A DNA stretch of 64,000 bases from a virus. The DNA is taken from positions 1-64,000 of the IMG/VR virus record IMGVR_UViG_3300005253_000063. One strand, 5' to 3'. A program made the translations under genes and the position numbers. Positions within the stretch are counted from its first letter, which is position 1; every line of letters starts with the position of its first letter. The notes beneath the pieces were generated by a model. That model was given only the letters and a program-made list of their open reading frames with translations, was not told where the DNA came from and did no database searches. Below, one piece after another: positions 57,783 to 64,000 of this stretch.

Positions 57783-59324
57783 ATGAAGCGCTTCGCACAG
57801 AGCGAACCCACTGCGAATCGGCGGCAGATCCTGTTTAAGCTCGTAGACGCGACCGACAATCACACGCCGGAACCGGGGCTCAACCTCGTGACGCTGCTGG
57901 GCGCGATGATCGTGTTGAAGAACGGTGTTGACGCAGGGGCCGCAGGCGTTGTCGACGAGCTAGACGGCGGCTTCTACATCTACACTTTCACCGTCGGCGA
58001 ATGCGACACGCTCGGCGTCTTGCGACTATTCATCGATACCGTCGGCGCTGCGACCGCGATCAGGGTCTTAGATTTCGAAGTGCGCGAGGTGACGTTGATC
58101 TACGGCGACCTGTACCCCGAGGACGCCATCTTCGTCAACGTCGCCACTGGCAGCGCGGGTGCTCTACCTGGTGTCAACGGAACGCCCGCCAACCCGGTCA
58201 ATAACCCGACCGACGCGCGAACGCTGGCAGACCTCTTCGGCCGACGGAAGTACAAGCTCGACGGTGACGATAGCCTCGACATCACGGTCGATCACAAGGG
58301 GTGGACATTTGAATCCGTCGGCTTGATGACGCCGATCTCTTTCCTGGCGACCGCAAACATCGACGGGTCCGTCATTCGTGGCGGGCAGGTGGGGGACCTC
58401 GGAGTGGCGCCCCTGCTTGGGGTCACCCTGGAAGACTGCATCATAACGAACACCTCGTTCTCCGACATCGTGATCGCCAAGCGGTGCATCGTCGTCGGTG
58501 TACTCACGTTCCGCGCCGTGAAATTCTCCCTCTTGGTGTTGTTGGATTGCGTGTTCGGCGATGCGGGGCTTGGTGCGCCAGGTATAGACGCGAACGACAC
58601 CGGCGGAGCGGTATTGGCGAGCGGTCTCATGGGCGAGATGCTCCTGCGAAACGCATCGACCGTCACGGATTATATCTTCTTCCTGAATGGCGGGAAGGTG
58701 CTGTTCGAGGCGACGGCGAGCGGCGGCACGGCGAGGGTCAGTGGCATCGGTACCTACGACAACCAGGGCGCAATCGCGATCGACGCGGAGGGTTTGGTCG
58801 ATCAGGCGGACCCGTTCGTTCGTCATACGGTTACGAGCGGCGCGAGCGACGCAAGCAACGTTCCTGTCCCGTCGAACCTACCGGCTGGCACCTACAATGG
58901 TTACCGTTGCGTCGTCGAGAGCGTAGGCGGCGCGAAAATCGAAGAGAGGATCATCAAGGCTCACACGCGACCGACGCCTGGGGACGACGTCGCGAACCTG
59001 GAACTGGAGACGCCGCTCTCGTTCGTGCCGGCACTCGGCGATCCCGTTTCAATTCGTCTTTCGCCGGATGAGTCGCTCTTGGAAAACGCGCTGCTCGACC
59101 AACGCGTGTACGTGGACGACGGCCTCGGTTCGTTGCAAGTCTCTGCACGACTTTCGAAGTTCCCCGATGCGGCGAGTGCGGCGGCGGCGGTCAAGGACAC
59201 GTCCGCCGGGCCGGGCGTTCCCCACGCTGCCGCAATCAAGACGATCCGCGTCACGTCCGACAAGGACTCCGCGGCTCCTGGTCAACCCAACGCGCACCGG
59301 CAGGTGAAGGAGGATCCGCCGTGA
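57783..59324 (+). CDS. Tailspike-like / beta-helix structural protein
   Basis: 513 aa; GVNGTPANPV followed by beta-helix-like repeats. Confidence 0.5.
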   Translation: MKRFAQSEPTANRRQILFKLVDATDNHTPEPGLNLVTLLGAMIVLKNGVDAGAAGVVDELDGGFYIYTFTVGECDTLGVLRLFIDTVGAATAIRVLDFEVREVTLIYGDLYPEDAIFVNVATGSAGALPGVNGTPANPVNNPTDARTLADLFGRRKYKLDGDDSLDITVDHKGWTFESVGLMTPISFLATANIDGSVIRGGQVGDLGVAPLLGVTLEDCIITNTSFSDIVIAKRCIVVGVLTFRAVKFSLLVLLDCVFGDAGLGAPGIDANDTGGAVLASGLMGEMLLRNASTVTDYIFFLNGGKVLFEATASGGTARVSGIGTYDNQGAIAIDAEGLVDQADPFVRHTVTSGASDASNVPVPSNLPAGTYNGYRCVVESVGGAKIEERIIKAHTRPTPGDDVANLELETPLSFVPALGDPVSIRLSPDESLLENALLDQRVYVDDGLGSLQVSARLSKFPDAASAAAAVKDTSAGPGVPHAAAIKTIRVTSDKDSAAPGQPNAHRQVKEDPP

Positions 59325-59518
59325 GCGCACCTCTTGCGACTGGCGGTATGGAGTGCCCGTCGTCGGGCGCCGGGTTGGCGACCGAGGGCCTGGAGTGCCT
59401 TGGCGCTGGCGCGCAGCGCGGCCGGGTCAATCTTCGAGGCTCCATCCAACTCATCTCGAACTTCCAAGGCACGCTCGTTGAGCGACAGCGTCTGCAAGGT
59501 AAGATCAAGATCGGCTGA
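59321..59518 (+). CDS. Small hypothetical protein
   Basis: Coupled overlaps on both sides; LATGGMEC/LATEGLEC internal repeat. Confidence 0.5.
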   Translation: MSAPLATGGMECPSSGAGLATEGLECLGAGAQRGRVNLRGSIQLISNFQGTLVERQRLQGKIKIG

Positions 59519-60288
59519 TGGAGATCCCGCGACAGCCACTCCGCATGGTCCGAGGCGACACGGTTGTCATGCGGCTCACCGTAGTCGACGAGAAGGGGGA
59601 ACTGCAGAATCTCACTGGCAGCACAATCCACTTCCGCATTAAGAAGTCGGTCGCGTCCTCGCGCATCGAGGTGCTCAAGTCCTCGGCGGACGCTAGCGAG
59701 ATCGATCTTCTACCGCAATCCGGGGACACGTTCGCGCAGGCCGACATCTTCCTGGACCCGGCCGACACGGCTGGGCTCGACCCCGGCAAGCACTTCTACG
59801 ACGTCTGGGTAGAAGACCTCCCCGGAGTCGCCGACGATAACGTGCTCATCCGACCGTCACCGATCTTCATCGAGCGCGCGGTGACCGAACTCTCGATACC
59901 GGCGCCACCGCCGCCCGGACCGCCAGGGCCCTCCCTGATCGGTATCTACACGCGCGGCCACAAGGAGACGATCGCAGTTGGCTCCGCGACGACCGAGACC
60001 AGCCTGGGTATCGTCGCGTTCCCCGGCTCCGTGCTCGCTGTCTCCGCGCTGCTTGGCGAGGCGGTGACTGCGGGATCGGTCACGGTCAACGTGAAGGTTG
60101 CGGGGATAGTCGTTTTGTCGATCGTGCTCGACTTGACCAACCCGCTGAAGCTGAGCAGCCCACAGGCATTCGGGGTTGACACCTTCGCCGTCGACGATGA
60201 GATCGCAGTTGAGGTCATTACGGCTGGCTACGACAACGCCGGTTCGATACCATCCGGTCTCACGGTCAACGTCTACCTGGGAACCTAA
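59518..60288 (+). CDS. BppU-like baseplate/fiber adaptor protein
   Basis: RGDTVVMRLTV.D..G...NLTGSTIHF...YDVWV. Confidence 0.55.
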   Translation: MEIPRQPLRMVRGDTVVMRLTVVDEKGELQNLTGSTIHFRIKKSVASSRIEVLKSSADASEIDLLPQSGDTFAQADIFLDPADTAGLDPGKHFYDVWVEDLPGVADDNVLIRPSPIFIERAVTELSIPAPPPPGPPGPSLIGIYTRGHKETIAVGSATTETSLGIVAFPGSVLAVSALLGEAVTAGSVTVNVKVAGIVVLSIVLDLTNPLKLSSPQAFGVDTFAVDDEIAVEVITAGYDNAGSIPSGLTVNVYLGT

Positions 60289-60300
60289 CAGGAGGAAGCC

Positions 60301-60852
60301 TTGCGAAAGATACTCACACCGATCACTCTGATCCTTGGCGGGCTACTGCTCGCCGTGGTCGCATACGCACAACCCGAGGCTCCGCCCGCCGAGACGCCAG
60401 ACACTGTGACTCCCGCGTTGGCAGATGCCGCACCTGCTCAGCCCGAGGCGGAGGTACCGGACAAGCCCAAGGCCGAAGAGCCCAAGACCGAGCCCGGTTC
60501 GAACCCGGACCTGTTCGACAAAGGCAAGAAGGTCAAGGGTGCCGTCGACGATCTGCGAGGTGACAGCGACCTGGAGAGGAAGTTCTTGATCGCAGCGCTC
60601 ATCGCCGCCCTCGCGAATCTATTGCTGTCCGGCATCAAGCGAGGGATGAAGCTCACGAGCCGTGGCAAGAAATGGCTACCGCGTGTCGCTCTTGGCCTAG
60701 GTGTAGTCGTCGGAGTTGCTACCTACTTCATACCGGGACATTCGCTCGTCGAGGCGTTGATCTATGGCGGGGGTCCGCCTGGCGCGATCATCATCCAGGA
60801 GGTCTTTCCCTGGGTCATCGGTTCCAAGCCGGGGGGCAGCGGGGAAGCCTAG
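60301..60852 (+). CDS. Membrane protein, holin candidate
   Basis: Signal-like N-terminus plus 2-3 hydrophobic helices; upstream of endolysin. Confidence 0.5.
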   Translation: MRKILTPITLILGGLLLAVVAYAQPEAPPAETPDTVTPALADAAPAQPEAEVPDKPKAEEPKTEPGSNPDLFDKGKKVKGAVDDLRGDSDLERKFLIAALIAALANLLLSGIKRGMKLTSRGKKWLPRVALGLGVVVGVATYFIPGHSLVEALIYGGGPPGAIIIQEVFPWVIGSKPGGSGEA

Positions 60853-61272
60853 TTGCCTGAGTCGGCGCAGCCTTCCGCGCAGAACCTCCTCGAACGTATC
60901 GCGGGCGCAGTCGAGAAGCGGAAGTCGGAGAAGGGTGGGGGCGCGAAGTCGTGGTGGCATTGGCCGCTGCTGATCGTGCTCTTACTCTTTGGGCTCGCGG
61001 TAGTGGCGTGGTTCTCCAACCGACACCGCCGCGAGCTTGCGCGCCTGCGTCACGAGCAGTTCAAGCGAGAGAATGCTGAGGCGCAGGCGAAGACCGACGC
61101 CAAGGTCGCGGCATCGGATGCCGAACGCGAGAAGCGTCTGCTCGCGGTCACAGCTTCCGAAGAGCGGCTCAAGGAGATCGACGATGCAGTGGACACAGCG
61201 GAACAAGACTTCAGGAAGGACCTGGCTACGATCGATCGTATTCGCCTTAGTGACCTTCCTCGCGGCGAGTAG
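60853..61272 (+). CDS. Spanin-like protein (TM plus coiled coil)
   Basis: WPLLIVLLLFGLAVVAWF followed by coiled coil. Confidence 0.5.
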   Translation: MPESAQPSAQNLLERIAGAVEKRKSEKGGGAKSWWHWPLLIVLLLFGLAVVAWFSNRHRRELARLRHEQFKRENAEAQAKTDAKVAASDAEREKRLLAVTASEERLKEIDDAVDTAEQDFRKDLATIDRIRLSDLPRGE

Positions 61273-61711
61273 CGTCGGCGCCGAACCGTACCGGCCGAAG
61301 ATCGCTCCCGAGTGCAAGGTGTACCCGCTCGCCGATGGTCGCGAGGTCTGCGGCTACATCGTCAAGCAAGCCGACGGGACCGAGACGATGGATGAGTGGC
61401 AAGCGGTTCTCCGTGTTGACGCGGAGCTGGTCGTGCGGCGCAAGAGCGCGGAGCTTCAGGCCGAGCGCGAGGTCGAACTGCAAGGACAGATCGGCGACCT
61501 GCGCGGCGCGCTGGAGGCGTGCGGTACGGGCACCGCTGCGCTGAAGGATCGCAATGCAGTGTTGACTACGCAGCTCATCGATCGCGACCGGCTCTATCAG
61601 AACGAACGCGTCAAGCCGCGGTTCAGTTTGGGCGGAGGCTGGGCTTGGGGTACGGCCGCAGTTCTGGCGGCTACGTTAGTGGGCTTCGTTGGCAAGGAGC
61701 TGATAGACTAG
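61184..61711 (+). CDS. Secreted/membrane coiled-coil protein, spanin partner candidate
   Basis: Signal peptide IVFALVTFLAASSVGA, C-terminal TM; overlaps previous gene. Confidence 0.45.
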   Translation: MQWTQRNKTSGRTWLRSIVFALVTFLAASSVGAEPYRPKIAPECKVYPLADGREVCGYIVKQADGTETMDEWQAVLRVDAELVVRRKSAELQAEREVELQGQIGDLRGALEACGTGTAALKDRNAVLTTQLIDRDRLYQNERVKPRFSLGGGWAWGTAAVLAATLVGFVGKELID

Positions 61712-61715
61712 GGTC

Positions 61716-62507
61716 ATGCCAGAAGCGGGGAGCCGGCTCACGAGCGTGAGCGCCGCGGCGCGCGAGGAAGGGCGTCACGAGACACCGGGCGAGTCGATCT
61801 ACGCGAGTCGCTCGGTGAACATGTACGACAAGAACGACCGAACCAAGCCGGTCTTCGGACTCGTCGTACACACGACCGGGGGCGGCGCACCAAACGCAGC
61901 GAAGAAGGAACGCATCTCCGTTCTCGAATGGTGCGTGGCGCGGTACGAGCGCACGTATGGGTGCCACTACGTCAACGGCTACGACGGTGTTGACGGAGAC
62001 CTCATCCAGGTCGGCAACGAATATGAGAAGCCGCACACGGTCGGGATGAAGGAGCAGAACGCGTCGATTCGCGCGGGCACGTGGAAGACGGACATCAGCA
62101 AGAAGACGTTGAAGCATTGGCGTGCGCATTGGCCCACGCGCGCCAACCCGCTGAAGCTCTTCCCCGGCAGCTCGGCGAACAACGTCTACGTCGGCATGGA
62201 GTGTCCGCCCTGCGTCTGGTGGGACCGGAAGCTCAAGCGGACAGTCTCCTCGCCGAAGCCGATGCGCCCTGGGTTGCGCTTCACGGAGGCCCAGCACGAC
62301 GCGGTCGTGCTCCTCTCGATCGACCTGGCAGAGCGCCACAACTGGCCCGACGGTTGGTGGCTCCTGCCGCGGCTCGTTGGTCACGAGGACCTCAGCCCGA
62401 TCGTGCGAAGCACCAAGACCGGCGGCTGGGATCCTGGATTTTTGAGAGACCGCCCCTATTTCGACTGGGACTACGTGAAGGTCGAGATCGAAACCGTCGT
62501 CGGCTAG
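61716..62507 (+). CDS. Endolysin, N-acetylmuramoyl-L-alanine amidase (Amidase_2)
   Basis: VVHTTG, CHY, VGMEC, VGHEDL, DPG zinc-amidase motifs. Confidence 0.8.
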   Translation: MPEAGSRLTSVSAAAREEGRHETPGESIYASRSVNMYDKNDRTKPVFGLVVHTTGGGAPNAAKKERISVLEWCVARYERTYGCHYVNGYDGVDGDLIQVGNEYEKPHTVGMKEQNASIRAGTWKTDISKKTLKHWRAHWPTRANPLKLFPGSSANNVYVGMECPPCVWWDRKLKRTVSSPKPMRPGLRFTEAQHDAVVLLSIDLAERHNWPDGWWLLPRLVGHEDLSPIVRSTKTGGWDPGFLRDRPYFDWDYVKVEIETVVG

Positions 62508-62728
62508 TCCTCGGTCTCGTCATCGTCGTCGTCCTCCTCGACGGCTTCGGACGTGACGAGTTGCATCGCGCAGCGCGAGACGACGATTAGGAATTCATCG
62601 TCGATCGAAGCTGCGACCAGGCAGACGGGTGCGTGGAAGCACGTCTCGCAGAGGTGTTCCTCGCGGCGGATCGCTTTCACTTCGCCAGGCACGAGGTCCA
62701 CTGGCCAGCCGCCGACCTTCTCGCTCAC
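62504..62728 (-). CDS. Small Cys-rich protein with acidic tail
   Basis: GTG overlaps the ruvC stop. Confidence 0.5.
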   Translation of the reverse strand: MSEKVGGWPVDLVPGEVKAIRREEHLCETCFHAPVCLVAASIDDEFLIVVSRCAMQLVTSEAVEEDDDDDETED

Positions 62729-63279
62729 AGCAGTTTTCTCACCAGGATGATGGTCTCGGATTCGAGACACGAGACGACCGCGGCGAGCCCGTCGAACGCG
62801 TGCTCTTGCTTGCACGCAGTCACGTGTTCGATCTTCCGCGACAGCAGCGCGCCGCCGTACGTCTCTTCCAACACCTGTCGGACCTCTTCCTTCGACGCGG
62901 TTTTCCTGCCAGTGACGCTCTTCTTGATCTCCTTCGGCGTTGCCTGCAAGATCGGCACGTCGTGTTCAAGGGCTATCGCTACGACGACGCCCCACGCCAT
63001 CGCGAGCTTTGCTGCAGCGCTCGCGCCGCGCGGGAACGACATTGACTCGCAGCAGAGCACGGTGACCTTGTGGCGCACGAAGACGGCGCGGAGTGCCCTG
63101 ACGATCTCACCGGCTCGGCGGACGTTGTCGTCCGCTTCGCGGATGCGACGCTTCCTCGTTGCCGGCGAAGTCCGTACGACGTCCATCTCTATGACGCGCT
63201 CGGAGTCCTCGCCGATTTCGACAACGGCGAAACCGAGACTCGCAAACCCGGGGTCGATCCCTAACGCTAGGCAAGGCAT
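62725..63279 (-). CDS. ruvC: Holliday junction resolvase RuvC
   Basis: LGIDPGFASLGFAVV...CCES...TPKEIKKSVTG...ASKEEV...HAFDGLA. Confidence 0.9.
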   Translation of the reverse strand: MPCLALGIDPGFASLGFAVVEIGEDSERVIEMDVVRTSPATRKRRIREADDNVRRAGEIVRALRAVFVRHKVTVLCCESMSFPRGASAAAKLAMAWGVVVAIALEHDVPILQATPKEIKKSVTGRKTASKEEVRQVLEETYGGALLSRKIEHVTACKQEHAFDGLAAVVSCLESETIILVRKLL

Positions 63280-63428
63280 CGTCTCCTCCCTTCACGTTTT
63301 CAGTATCACTTGGAAAACTACGAAGGCCGTCGCCAACACCATCGCGAGCAACAGCCACCTGTGTTTCGATTTCTTCCGCGCCACAAACCAGACGTGTCCG
63401 TTCAAACCTGCGAGCGCGACCGACGAGA

Positions 63429-63689
63429 TTAGTTTGTGTTTGCGCGCGCCTCTATCGTCAAGGCGCTTGCGCGATAGGATGTCCAGAACAGTTCGATCAC
63501 TTCTTCGAGCTTCACGCCGGTAATTTCGCAGAGACGTCCTGCTGCAAGCGCGAGCGCGACGACCGAGTCCTCGGCCGACAGTGTTTCTTGGAGGGTCTCG
63601 AAGAGGGTCGCACACGATTGGATCACTCGTTCGGATTGCAGGTCGTCGACCACCCGCTGAGTAGACCACAAGTTCAACGGCCACTGCAT
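63429..63689 (-). CDS. Hypothetical protein
   Basis: SD GAGG; 86 aa. Confidence 0.5.
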   Translation of the reverse strand: MQWPLNLWSTQRVVDDLQSERVIQSCATLFETLQETLSAEDSVVALALAAGRLCEITGVKLEEVIELFWTSYRASALTIEARANTN

Positions 63690-63802
63690 ACTTCAACCTC
63701 TCTCGTCCTGCAGCGCGCACTTGGCTGCCTGTGCCTTGATCTCGCCCAACGCCTTCGCGTGCCGTCCGACGTAAGTCTGCCAGACGCGTTCGGCTGCGTT
63801 GA

Positions 63803-64000
63803 CTACACGACGGAGCCAACGAATCGCAGGGCTGAGGACTTCGCCTCGGCTCTGAGGTCGTTCCAGACCGCGGTCAGCGCGCTGTTCACGTTCTTGTTGT
63901 AGTCCGCAGCATCCATCATGACGTCGTCCCCCGACTTGCGCGCGAGCTGTGATTTTCGCAGCTCCGCAGCACTCATACGATCGAGACGCGCGTGGTGCTT
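63803..64000 (-). CDS. Partial CDS running off the window end
   Basis: Open frame KHHARLDRMSAAELRKS...GSVV* from the window edge. Confidence 0.4.
   Translation of the reverse strand, partial: KHHARLDRMSAAELRKSQLARKSGDDVMMDAADYNKNVNSALTAVWNDLRAEAKSSALRFVGSVV

Larger units (their letters stand above)
1..64000. mobile_element. Tailed phage (myovirus-type) genome segment
   Basis: Terminase, portal, prohead protease, HK97-like capsid, sheath, tube, tape measure, baseplate, amidase and RuvC present; no host housekeeping genes. Confidence 0.97.

Noticed and set aside
50784-60288. Diversity-generating retroelement or invertible tail-fiber cassette
   Set aside because: No reverse transcriptase, invertase or TR/VR repeat pair noticed

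Overview
GC-rich tailed-phage DNA (contractile, myovirus-type tail); no integrase, replicase or host genes are visible, so the window is probably part of a larger phage or prophage genome. Layout: (i) 1-9.2 kb, a minus-strand run of tightly coupled small accessory genes, including a metallophosphoesterase, a nucleoside deoxyribosyltransferase, a class II aldolase-like protein and a 144-nt tRNA-like RNA with no anticodon loop. (ii) 9.6-19.9 kb, a plus-strand operon with a possible small terminase, a DNA methylase, the large terminase and a Nop/IS110-like protein lacking a nuclease domain. Six intergenic gaps in this operon are filled by arrays of a 36-bp dual-repeat/dual-spacer unit (CGCGAGCC-N10-CGACACCC-N10, about 53 units by hand count). 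This architecture matches a TIGR-Tas (TasA-type) RNA-guided system, here dispersed through the packaging operon. (iii) 19.9-24.4 kb, an inverted block with an intein-containing portal and a MuF-like gene. (iv) 24.5-62.5 kb, head, tail, baseplate and lysis genes, including a ~1,450-aa polyprotein (His repeats + Dam-like MTase + NTase-like + LigD phosphoesterase-like + XkdF prohead protease) and three free-standing HNH genes. (v) RuvC and small minus-strand genes at the right end. All calls come from reading motifs by eye; no database searches were run.
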